The translations under genes and the position numbers were made by a program. The notes beneath the pieces were generated by a model. It was given only the letters and a program-made list of their open reading frames with translations. It was not told the DNA's origin and ran no database searches. Positions 53,379 to 64,000 of a stretch of DNA of 64,000 nucleotides are shown here, piece after piece (position 1 is the first letter of the stretch; each line of letters begins with the position of its first letter). The stretch is from Rhynchobatus australiae (lineage: Eukaryota): positions 16,094,871-16,158,870 of the forward strand of contig JAUZTB010000066.1 in assembly GCA_034780895.1 (NCBI GenBank). Reading direction: 5' to 3'.

Positions 53379-55194
53379 CTAACAATAGCGGTGTCATCGA
53401 CGAATGTGTATATACCAAGAATGCAAGTGTGTGCAGGATGGTGGTGCATTTTAATATTTCCATCGTGGTGCCAGATTCACAAACAGAAGTTTAAATGGTT
53501 TTACTGTAATGAGACCTATACCCAGTCGAGAGGTATGTTTTTAATTTGTATTGTTTGGGTCTTGGCAGCACACTTTCCTGCTCCATCCGGCTTCATTTAA
53601 ATTAATTGTCAGGTGTCAGTCCACATGGATCTCCTGAGCTTTGCTATGCAGAACGAAGACCAGATAGCACAGAGTCATGTAGGACCACAAACCAAATCCA
53701 ACTTGCACAACAACAAGCATTTAATTTTGATCAGCAGATTTTTAGGGCCATAATATTACAGGTCTGCAATGCTGTCAAATGTAGGATTCAACCAGCAGAG
53801 AGTGAGAGTGCTGTTTGCAATCAGCCATCCAATTGTAATATAAAAGTGCATTTCTTCATCACTGAAAGTTGCATTTTAACTAGGGGGCAATAGTGCATAA
53901 AGGGTATTATTTGATCAGCTGTTTCCTGGCTTTTACTTCCTTTAACTTTGCTTGTCCAAATCCTTTATTCGTGCTTTAGAGCAGTTCTTCCATACAGTTT
54001 TCCTCATTTATTGTTGTATTACATCCACTCATCATTTTAGAATATACTTGATTGCTCTTTTATTTTTTCTATTTGTTTTTGTCATCGAAAGTATTGTAAT
54101 TTTTGCTCAGAATAATACAAGTTAATTCTTTGTTAGTCTTCAATTAGCTAGCATATTAGATCACATGAAAATATACAGCCATGTAGTTCAGGTATCATTT
54201 GTCATTGTGTTACTGGAATTAATTTGATATTTTTAAGAATTTTAGCCAAAACTTGTATATTTTAAAAAAACATGTACAAACACATTTTTGCAGAAAAATG
54301 AAAAGTCCTGTCGACTTGACCTTTAACACTTAGAAAAGCATTCACAGGGGAAATTTAGCAGTCTCTGAAGGAGCTAGGATCAATCAATGGCTGATTATGT
54401 TCTCATTCTGTGCTGGATTGATCTTTTACTGAACTGATGATAACAGGCCTTTGCCTGCTTCAAGAGGCAACCCAAAATGGGCTTTGACACGATTGGTTGT
54501 GACAGGGATCAATCTGAATCCTGCTGAGTGGTATGAAAGGCAGGCACCCCCAAAGATCTGAGAAAGCTACTCCGATTCATTGCGATGCCCTTGTGATGGC
54601 AAATTTGTTCCTTCCAAAGACTCCTTTATGTTTTTCCTCCAACTGTAACAGAGAACCAATTTCAGAATTCAGCGGGCCAAACCGAGAAATTGGCAGATGC
54701 AGCCCTTGAATGTTTGCCTTCAGTTGGAAAGAAGAGAATGATTTCTTTATGTGGTAATGAGGATGACAAAAAAGAAAGCAGTAGGGCAGATCAATACAGG
54801 AATGACAGATTAGAAGAGACACTTCATTTAAGACCAAAAAAAATACAGAAAACCTTTCCTCTTTAATATGGTAACTTATCAGAATTTGCATCAGATTTCT
54901 ACTGCTTTTTAAAATTGCACTTGTCGAGTATTACATGTGGCATAAAAGAAAAATATTGATTAAAATGACGTGCCTATGACTTGCGAGGCAGCCATGCAGC
55001 AGACTGTTTCGAAGCACTGCCCTTCCAATGGATGTCATGATTACTAGCCAAGTGTGCTGCTCTGTTTGACTGGTATGAATGCCACTGTATTATATTGAGG
55101 TTTATCTCCATGAAGGTTCACTCGTTTATTGGAAGCTTCATGTTAGTCTGAGATCAATATGGTTTTAAAAAGAATGGTATAGTCAGGCAATGCA

Positions 55195-55740
55195 GGACAC
55201 ATGAAAAACACAATGATGCTGGAGGAACTCAGCAGACCAGGCAGCATCCATGGAGAAAAGCAGGCGGTCAGCATTTCGGGACACACCAATTGGGACCAGG
55301 CCTGTGATTTGAATTTGAAGCCAAACAAACATTCCCCCTAAACAAATCATGCAATTCTAATGCAGCATTTGCAATAAGGTAGATGAATTGTCAGTACAAA
55401 CTGCAGCATATGAGTATGATCCAATCACAGAGCAGGATGATCAAGACTGGGTGCTCAATATTCCAGATTCTACAATTCCAAAATAACAGGCCAAAAGGGA
55501 AAGGAGTTGGGGTAGCTTGCTGATCAAGGAAGGTATCAGAATGCTGGAGAAACACAGGACTGCAGATGCTGGAATCTAGATGAAAAACACAATGATGCTG
55601 GAGGAACTCAGCAGGCCAGGCAGCATCTGTGGAGAAAAGCAGGCGGTCAACATTTCGGGACGGGACTCTTCTTCAGGACTGAAGATAGGAATAGGAAGGA
55701 AAAGCGGAGCAGTGATAGGTGGACAAAAGAGGGGAGGCGC
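55195..55740. repeat. Two near-identical copies (about 55200-55282 and 55580-55662) of the Penelope-associated short repeat
   Basis: atgaaaaacacaatgatgctggaggaactcagcag.ccaggcagcatc..tggagaaaagcaggcggtca.catttcgggac occurs twice. Confidence 0.85.
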
Positions 55741-56722
55741 CTCTGGTCTTGTTTCTTGAAATTCCAGGTAACCTTGAGAAAACAGCCCATAATTAATATT
55801 GTCATAAATCTCAAATCTATACACTAATGTCATTCTGCATAGCACAAGCTTCCTTACAAGCATGCAAGAGATACCAAGTGGTATCATTAGGGTGCAAAGA
55901 TACACCATCAGGATTTGTGCGATGGTACTGATGCATTCCTCCCCAACAAAATTTCTATTTACCCCTCTTCAAGCGTAAGAAGACCACCTACTACAGAAAG
56001 AGGAACCAGAGTTAAGTGCCACAAGACTACTTAAAAATGACTCTGGACAAATGTTCTATATGTGTATAAATATTCAAAAGATCATTAATAAGAAAATAGT
56101 TAAGTCACAAAAGTAGATTTAAGACTAAATTGCTGCTGTTCAAATAATTAGAAATAAAATTCAGAGTGGAAATTCATTTGCTAAACATGTGGTACTGTTA
56201 CATAGACACCAATTTCTGCTTCTGAAATTCAGTTCCTTTCCTACATTGCACAGAACCAATAACAAATTTCCATCCTCCTGAGTTTTAAATAATTAGTATC
56301 TCTGCTCAGAAAGCCTCGCAAGCCCTGAAATAATGTCCAGCTGCATTATGGAGAAATCCAACTTACAACATAAAAGGCAAGATTTTCTTTAAGACGGACC
56401 TTCCTCTGTCAAAGGAAAGCCGTTTCCCAGCCTGACCTAAATATAATTCAGTGTTGGAGCCACATTGCTTCTCTCTTTGCTGAATCAGAAATTAATCCAA
56501 TTTCATATTGAGTATGTGATAGTCTATCACATAATAGTTGAAGCATAAGGATGTTATTCCATCGATTTGCCTTATGAATGAACTGCTGAGGCAATGCAAC
56601 AATATCTTAAGTCATGCCCTAATGCTCTCAGTCTGACATCCATTTTGAATGCTTTAATGTTTTAGGAGCTACATTTATGGTTCTCTGGCTGATAGGGACA
56701 AGCAGAGGCTGATCAGTGATAG

Positions 56723-56882
56723 TCATGTTTTCACTTCATTGAAAACGATTTGCCCATCAGCTAACCGACCATGTGGTAGGATAGAAAATGTCAATGCCTT
56801 AACACCTGCTATTCTTTTGAATGATATCATGATTCTCACAAATTGATGTTCATCATCTCTGACCACATTCTTCTGACTCGCT
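56723..56882 (-). CDS. Putative terminal coding exon of the same unidentified antisense gene
   Basis: Acceptor gtatttttcag. The phase-2 join to the previous exon stays in frame: (K)ASQKNVVRDDEHQFVRIMISFKRIAGVKALTFSILPHGRLADGQIVFNEVKT*. ATTAAA lies on the minus strand at 56653-56658. Confidence 0.45.
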
Positions 56883-57116
56883 CTGAAAAATACTCTGGAT
56901 CCGCACAGGTACATACAGACCCCCAGCCTAAACTCCCTGCCTCCCCTCGTCCCTCCCTACTTCAATGTCTATTTTGCCAGACCGAGAGGTATGACTTTAT
57001 CTAAACTATCCTTTCAATACACAGGATTATACTCATTCTTTGGCCTCTTAATCCAAGTGATGCTCAAGATATCTCTTTAACCTGTTTTATCATGGANNNN
57101 NNNNNNAATAATTTAC

Positions 57117-57322
57117 TTTTCCATTTTTTTTTCCAAAGACGATTGGTCTCTGAGCTCAGATAACATAGGCTTGGTAATCTGGGCAATAGAATTTTCCATC
57201 AATATCCTATTACAGACCATAAAAGCTTGTTTGGCACTGTTAAAAGAAGTAATAACAACCATGATATCTACACCCTCTCTGCCTTTTGATGTGAGCTTTT
57301 CCTTCAAGTGAAGCCAAAGCTT
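57117..57322 (-). CDS. Putative internal exon of an unidentified antisense gene nested in the ACACA intron (206 bp, phase 0-2)
   Basis: Acceptor ttttgtttgctcccatccag and donor AA|gtaaat. 68 open codons: KLWLHLKEKLTSKGREGVDIMVVITSFNSAKQAFMVCNRILMENSIAQITKPMLSELRDQSSLEKKME. Confidence 0.5.
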
Positions 57323-58029
57323 CTGGATGGGAGCAAACAAAATACCATGTGAAGCAAAGAAATGGGAGAGTAAAATTCTCAGCTGGAAATTAGAGATGGA
57401 TCTTCATATATAAATGAATTGAATTAGTTGAAGTGGTGGGAAGTAATAAAGGGATAAGTATTTGAATGAAAATCATGTGTGTAAAAGCAGTATTGTAAAT
57501 TAAATTTAAAATATCTGGCTTTACATTTTGGGCTTTGTGTCCAAAGAAGTCAATGTGGTTATCAAGCTCTTCATACACACACAGATGTACAGATCTGAAT
57601 CCAAGGAGTGGACTTTACTTACTGACTATGACCCAGGAGGCCATTCAGCTTTCTGAATCCAGGCCAGGTTCCAGCAGAACATTCCCATCGGTCCTGTATC
57701 TNNNNNNNNNNNNNNNNNNNNNNNNNNNNNNNNNNNNNNNNNNNNNNNNNNNNNNNNNNNNNNNNNNNNNNNNNNNNNNNNNNNNNNNNNNNNNNNNNNN
57801 NGCATATTAATAGAAAGTATACTAAGGGCAGCTAAAAGTCAGTCACGCCCTTTGGGTTGGGCAATTTAATAGGTGTTTGGCTCCATGTGCATGTTATTAA
57901 GGGGACCAATGGCAGCTTTGGAAACCATTCTCAAAGTCTGTGCGTGCTGAGCAGAATGCATGGGTGGGATTATCCATCCAAGGTGCCCCTGCATTCCGTT
58001 GAATCGTGTGGATTCCATCATGGATAATA

Positions 58030-58200
58030 ACTGACTGAAAAGCTTTTCAAATAGTACCAAGGCATTTTTAACATCCACCCAAATAGATAAACCAGGCCAC
58101 AGCTTGCATTTAAGCTTCAGCCTGGATGACGTGTACATGTCTCCGGAGTGGATCTGGAACCCACAACCTTGTGACAGAGAAGAGGTTGCTACTGCTAATC
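58030..58200 (-). mobile_element. Deu-type SINE fragment
   Basis: Minus strand ggttgtgggttccagatccactccggagac...gggtggatgttaaaaatgccttggtactatttgaa. Confidence 0.65.
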
Positions 58201-58717
58201 TTGTGATGATACTCTGAAGCACATCCTTAAACCTGAGGGGCTGCCCAAGAAGAAGAATGCAAGTCTGTAACTGTGACCCAGGGCTGTCTTTTACAAGTTG
58301 TTTTTATGTTGTGTTTAGTGGGTTGCAAAAGCCAGTTACTCTTGATTCCAAATCTGGACCAACTGCAGGGTAATTGTGATTGCCTGGAAATTCATTCTTG
58401 GTTGGTAGTTCCAAATGCCCTGTATGTTGATGAAAGAGGCAGAGTGCACTGGCTGCCCTCACCACAGCACTACCAACTGGGATAACATTTGGGCAACATT
58501 CAGGGCAAACCTGGTTTTAGATTCTTTAAAAAAAAGTGCCAACTCTTCCCTTGTGGTTCCTGTTGGTAGATCAAGTAAGTTTAATTGTTGTCAGCTCCAG
58601 AATTTTTTCATATTGTAACCCAACTATGAATTTAATCAGAGCTTTTTCCAGTTAAGTAGCAGCTTCCTCCATAGTTCAGTACCAGCTTCTGTTACCTGAA
58701 GAGATTTAATCAATTAC

Positions 58718-58792
58718 CTGGTCAGCATTGCATCTACTGCATAAGAACTGCCTCAGATTCATTCCTGATTTGCATTGGTTAGTAGCCTGTCT
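58718..58792 (-). CDS. Possible upstream 75-bp exon (phase 0-0) of the same antisense gene
   Basis: attttcag|AGA CAG...GAC CAG|gtaatt. Open frame RQATNQCKSGMNLRQFLCSRCNADQ joins KLWLHL in frame. It is short and could arise by chance. Confidence 0.25.
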
Positions 58793-59760
58793 CTGAAAAT
58801 TCCACAGACTGATTTNNNNNNNNNNNNNNNNNNNNNNNNNNNNNNNNNNNNNNNNNNNNNNNNNNNNNNNNNNNNNNNNNNNNNNNNNNNNNNNNNNNNN
58901 NNNNNNNNNNNNNNNNNNNNNNNNNNNNNNNNNNNNNNNNNNNNNNNNNNNNNNNNNNNNNNNNNNNNNNNNNNNNNNNNNNNNNNNNNNNNNNNNNNNN
59001 NNNNNNNNNNNNNNNNNNNNNNNNNNNNNNNNNNNNNNNNNNNNNNNNNNNNNNNNNNNNNNNNNNNNNNNNNNNNNNNNNNNNNNNNNNNNNNNNNNNN
59101 NNNNNNNNNNNNNNNNNNNNNNNNNNNNNNNNNNNNNNNNNNNNNNNNNNNNNNNNNNNNNNNNNNNNNNNNNNNNNNNNNNNNNNNNNNNNNNNNNNNN
59201 NNNNNNNNNNNNNNNNNNNNNNNNNNNNNNNNNNNNNNNNNNNNNNNNNNNNNNNNNNNNNNNNNNNNNNNNNNNNNNNNNNNNNNNNNNNNNNNNNNNN
59301 NNNNNNNNNNNNNNNNNNNNNNNNNNNNNNNNNNNNNNNNNNNNNNNNNNNNNNNNNNNNNNNNNNNNNNNNNNNNNNNNNNNNNNNNNNNNNNNNNNNN
59401 NNNNNNNNNNNNNNNNNNNNNNNNNNNNNNNNNNNNNNNNNNNNNNNNNNNNNNNNNNNNNNNNNNNNNNNNNNNNNNNNNNNNNNNNNNNNNNNNNNNN
59501 NNNNNNNNNNNNNNNNNNNNNNNNNNNNNNNNNNNNNNNNNNNNNNNNNNNNNNNNNNNNNNNNNNNNNNNNNNNNNNNNNNNNNNNNNNNNNNNNNNNN
59601 NNNNNNNNNNNNNNNNNNNNNNNNNNNNNTCTCTACTCAGACTAGTTAATTATGTTGTATTTTCTAAACTATATTACAACTTTTTTTTTCTGACTTCTTT
59701 TCCATCCTCTCTTGAAGGTTAATGGGTGGGAGCTGCCCTCTTGCCAGAGTGGAGGTGGAT

Positions 59761-60042
59761 AAGATTTCTTTATTAGTCACATGTACAGTGAAATGCATCT
59801 TTGCGTAGAATGTTCTGGGGGCAGCCCACAAGTGTCGCCACACTTCCGGCGCCAGTGTAGCACGCCCACAACTTCCTGACCCGTACGTCTTTGGAACGTG
59901 GGAGGAAACCGGAGCACCCAGAGGAAACCCACGCATACACGGGGAGAATGTACAAACTCCTTATGGACAGCAGCGGGAATTGAACCCGGGTCACTGGTGC
60001 TGTAATAGCATTAATGCTAACTGCTGCACTACAGTGCCGCCC
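59761..60042 (-). mobile_element. tRNA-derived V-SINE with a non-CR1 tail
   Basis: Same head and V-domain as the 48635 copy, but it ends gcatttcactgtacatgtgactaataaagaaatctt. Confidence 0.9.
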
Positions 60043-60309
60043 TTGATAGACTCAGGAATCGAGGGTTATGAGGAACTGGCACACAATAGTTAAGGCCAGC
60101 ATTGATCAGCTGTGATCATATTGAATGGCGGACAAGCTTGAGCGGTCTGGCAGCATATGCCTGCTCCTCTGTGTTGTGTATAGGGTGTCCTCTTCCTTCT
60201 CCTCCACATTCACCATTTTCCCCATTCCAGATCTGCCCATAGCCCACTCTGTGGCTACTCATCCCATGAGAATTCATGCAGTGCACTTGCAGACTGTGTG
60301 GCACGAAGG

Positions 60310-60845
60310 ACCTCACCTGCAGTACTGTGTGCAGTTTTGGTGTCCTTGCCCAAGTAAGGATATACGTGCAATAGAGGGAAAGTGCAGTAAAGATTTACCA
60401 GATTAATTTCTGGAATGGCAGAACTATCGGATGAGGAGAAATGGGTCGACTTGGCTGTATTCACGAGAGTTTTGAAGAAGGGTAGGGGATCTCATTGAAG
60501 CATATTAAAGAACTAACAGTACTAATCATTGAGGTGTTTCCTCTGGCTGGGGTGGGGGCATTCTGAGGGGTCACAGTCTCAGGACGCAAGGTAAGATACT
60601 TGGGACTGAGATGAGGAAAAATTTCTTCACTAAGAGGGTGGTGAGTGTGTGGAATTTTCCACCACTGAAGGCTGTGGACACTAAATTGCTGATAATATTT
60701 AAGAAGGGGATGGATTTCTGGACACAAAACACATCAAAAGGTAGGGGGAGAGCANNNNNNNNNNNNNNNCTGATAGAGGTTCACCCCTGAGCCTATTGAA
60801 TGGCAGAGCAAGCTTAAGAGCCTGAATGCCTTATTTTCTGTGTTT
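60310..60845 (+). mobile_element. CR1 LINE 3' fragment
   Basis: PHLQYCVQFWCPCPSKDIRAIEG; gagatgaggaaaaatttcttcact...; tail attgaatggcagagcaagcttaagagcctgaatgcc. Confidence 0.8.
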
Positions 60846-61064
60846 CCATAACACCTGATCCTGTGCCTGTCCTCACTCCACTTCTGCAACAGAAGTGCTT
60901 CTCACTCATTTCTGCTCAGATTGTTCCAGGATATCATTACTTGGACACGTGTATATCCTCATTTGCAGTCTTTGCCACTACTGCTTCCTGCACTTTTGGG
61001 CCACCACTAACCTCAACTCAATGCAGTCCAGGGGTCAAAGTTTAAAACTTAATGAATTTTGTGG

Positions 61065-61382
61065 ATTCAGGAGCAGCTGCTTTCCTATACCCATCAGGTT
61101 CTTGAACTGACCTGCACAACCCTAACCCTACCTCAGCAACAGAATCCTACAGATCACCTCCTGCACTACCATGGACTTGTCTCTGATTGTGTTTTGTTTT
61201 GCACTAATGTCTTGTTTTGCACAGTCTCTTTTTTTCTTCACTGTCTTGTGTCATTTCTTCATGTATCCCTTGTGTTCTGTGTGTTGTTCTCTGAATCCAC
61301 ATGCCTCTGCTGCTTCAAGCAAGTTTTTCATTGTACCTGTACCTCACCGTACTTGAGTTCATTGTCATATGCACAACTCGAC
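61065..61382 (+). mobile_element. Rex1/Babar LINE 3' end
   Basis: ttcaggagcagctgctttcct...ccatcaggttcttgaac...caagtttttcattgtacctgt. Confidence 0.65.
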
Positions 61383-64000
61383 GATATTTTTCTACTTTGC
61401 CAGCTGAGGAACTGGAAAAGATCTCCCTTCAGTTCTAAATTATGTTTGATGAAAATCCGATGCTACTAAAAGCCCAGTGGTCAAGGAATAAATTGATCAA
61501 ATGGTACTAGTGTCTGAGGACCATTGAGGTGTATTACTCAGTAGCCAGCTTGTGCTTGCTATTGTGAAGCAAGAAGGAAATGAGACCTCGTTAGTGATAT
61601 AGTTGTAGACATGTTTCTGGTTGATCAAGAGCTTGGTTGTACAATAGTGATTGTGAGCAACAAATAGCCTCAAAGGGGATCAATCATTGCGTAATCACTC
61701 TCTGCCTTCTCTTTCACTGCTGTTTATTTTTCAAGAGAACAGGACGTGGAGCAGCAAAAATCTTTAAAGCAACCCAGCTTTAAATTGAGCAGAAAATGGT
61801 CATCGACATATTTGTTAATATTACCTAAACCATTAGCTTGGATGGTTGAGCTGCCTTTTCAACAAGAGAACTGTCATTAAGAGCATAAAATACTTTCAAC
61901 TCAGCTTGCCTACTGTACATTTAGAATTCCTAGTAAGTGTTCAACTACCTGTTTCCTAGACTTTCCCAGTGCGTGTTACAGACTGTTCTGTTTTAAGATC
62001 AGTTCTGGTCCACCTTTTTCACATGTTACATTTCCCACAGTTTCCGGAGTTTTAGTAAAACTGAAAGATCTTTCATTTTCCAGTTAAAGCACCACAATTG
62101 CGGCATTTAGTTCCCCATATTAAGTACTGTGGAATAGATGTAGTTCAAACTGTCATCTTTAACAGTCTGCATTTTAAGATGAAAATATTTTTGATTATTG
62201 GACATTAAGGGAACTGTCCTCTACATGTTAATATTTATCTGACGGCTTACAAAAAGATGTTCAGAGCTGTTGGATTCCCCATGCATTTGCAAACATTTAC
62301 AGTGACAGTGCAGAGAGAGACAAGAGTAGTTTTCAACTTTGCTGCCTTGATCATAACCAGTATAGTCTAATTTTCACTCTGTATTAATATCAGTGGAATA
62401 ATAATCTTTGATTCTGCAAAGTGGAGTAAAAATGAGCAGGACATCATCTGCTCTGTCAGGTTACTGTCCCGACACAGAAATTATGCCCTCTTAATAGTGT
62501 GAACCATCCCTGTTCCCTTATTCTAACAGCGTCACAGTCCCAGTAAAGTAAGTGATTAGTCACTGCAAGAAACCAGCACTTCACATGTCCCCTGCCTTCC
62601 ATTTAATTTGGATTTCATTTACAGTGGGAAAAATCCAGCTTCCTTCTCCAGTTGTTGTAGGCTAGTGTCTGGAAGAAAAGAGCGTGACTTAACAGCATAA
62701 CTTTCTGAATCTGAAAATCAAGAAATCAGTGCGTGGGCCTCTGTATGAAAACAGAGGTTAGTGCATTGTTACCTACTCTGAAAAGCTAGAGAGACTTTTC
62801 TGTCCTCTTAAATGGATGAAATTGTGGGCAAGAGTATCAGAACAACCTTGTGAGAAAATTCTTCAAGATCTTCTGAGGTCAGCAAGCAGTAAGATGATCT
62901 TGGCACAGAGTAGGTGCTTCCCAGTGAGTAGAAAGTGGCTGCATGTGAAATTGAGGGCATGCCCAAGATGGGGGCAAACAGGGATATCAACCCTTTGCCC
63001 CCCCCCCCCCCCAAAATCTGTCTGGTAAACAACCAATGATAATACCGCTGTCATAGATAGGTGCATGTATGATCACCCCATAACATTAAGGAGCTGCACA
63101 TTTCTGTAAACATGTATTTAAATGCCTGTGATCTTTCCCATGAGATGTGCTATTAAAAATTGCAGTGCAGGCTGGAGGAGTGTTGAACACTTTTTAAAGT
63201 GGCTAGCCAAGATGAAAGGGTGTGCCTCATAATCCATAACTCAGTTGGGATTGAAGTGAAGAAGAGAGAAGTAGGGGAAAACCAGCAGGCAATGTAAACA
63301 AGTCTCAACTCTTTCCATCAGAATGTAGGCCCATGAAAATACGAAAGTTGGATTTGGTAATGTGAGCACAACTGCATTTTGTCTCTTTGAGGCTCTGTAT
63401 AAAGATGGAAGCCCAGTGTTTGCCAAAGAATATACAAGTGAGAGAATGGACATGGTGACACCAATCTTGGGGTTTTAAAACCAGTCCATTAGGGAAGTAA
63501 GAAAAGTAGAGGGAGGTATTTTGAGGTCCTTGAAGCGATTAAGTAGAATAGTCTGACAAGTCTTGATTTTCTTCGTCTGATTCAAGGAAAAACTTAAGTC
63601 AGACCCTCGGGGAACATAATAGGAAAATGGGGAGAGATAAGTGGAAAACACTCAGGAAGATGATAAAAACTGGTCAGTTTCAACACTGAATTCATGTTGT
63701 CTTCCCCCACCCCCACTTCTTGTACGTTGCTTCCTTTTTTGTTTACACTGTTTCACGGTTACATCCGACAGAATTTTTCTTGAGGGGAGTAGAATTTTTA
63801 AGTGCTGATTTTGGCTAATAACCTCTAAGTGCCTGGCAGTCCTTGTTCCATATTGTGGTGTCATGCAGCTTTAAATGAGGCTGATCATTCTGTTTGCAAA
63901 TGTTGCACAGCTGCGAGGTGAAAGAAATGACATCTCGTTGCTCTGTTATTAAAGGGAAACATGGCAGAGACACTGCGAATGTCAACTATATCACACAGAG

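Noticed and set aside
57623-57693. Minus-strand segment with AG and GTAAGT boundaries, as an exon of the nested ORF
   Set aside because: The phase-compatible frame contains a stop, and the sequence resembles a CR1 tail (gctgaatggcctcct).
14011-59722. Long ORFs in the track made mostly of X (e.g. 14011-14517, 23128-23865, 29092-29538, 44151-44486, 58775-59722)
   Set aside because: They are open only because they run through N gaps.
61404-61438. tttgccag|CT GAG GAA CTG GAA AAG as a downstream ACACA exon (KELE-like)
   Set aside because: Stops after about 11 codons and does not match ACC1.

Overview
Vertebrate genomic DNA with many N gaps. The repeat content (tRNA-derived V-SINEs, CR1, L2, RTE, Rex1/Babar and Penelope-type elements) suggests a cartilaginous fish; this is an inference. 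The window lies inside the acetyl-CoA carboxylase 1 gene (ACACA, + strand). Six consecutive, phase-consistent GT-AG exons of the carboxyltransferase domain are present: 20323-20466, 21475-21595, 25242-25338, 34965-35061, 40590-40725 and 42488-42665. They are flanked by two long intronic stretches (>=20 kb and >=21 kb). The most interesting signals are antisense to ACACA inside those stretches. (1) An apparently intact, unidentified 2-3-exon ORF end at 56.7-58.8 kb. (2) A long series of stop-poor, splice-site-bounded but disrupted reading frames over 0.5-19.4 kb that looks like a decayed nested large-exon gene. (3) A single intact espin-type ankyrin exon at 10834-11027, bracketed by a 23-bp direct repeat and a 100-N gap, so it may be an assembly chimera. 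No prokaryotic features, CRISPR arrays or true tRNA/rRNA genes were found. All alignments were done by eye, and repeat boundaries are approximate.
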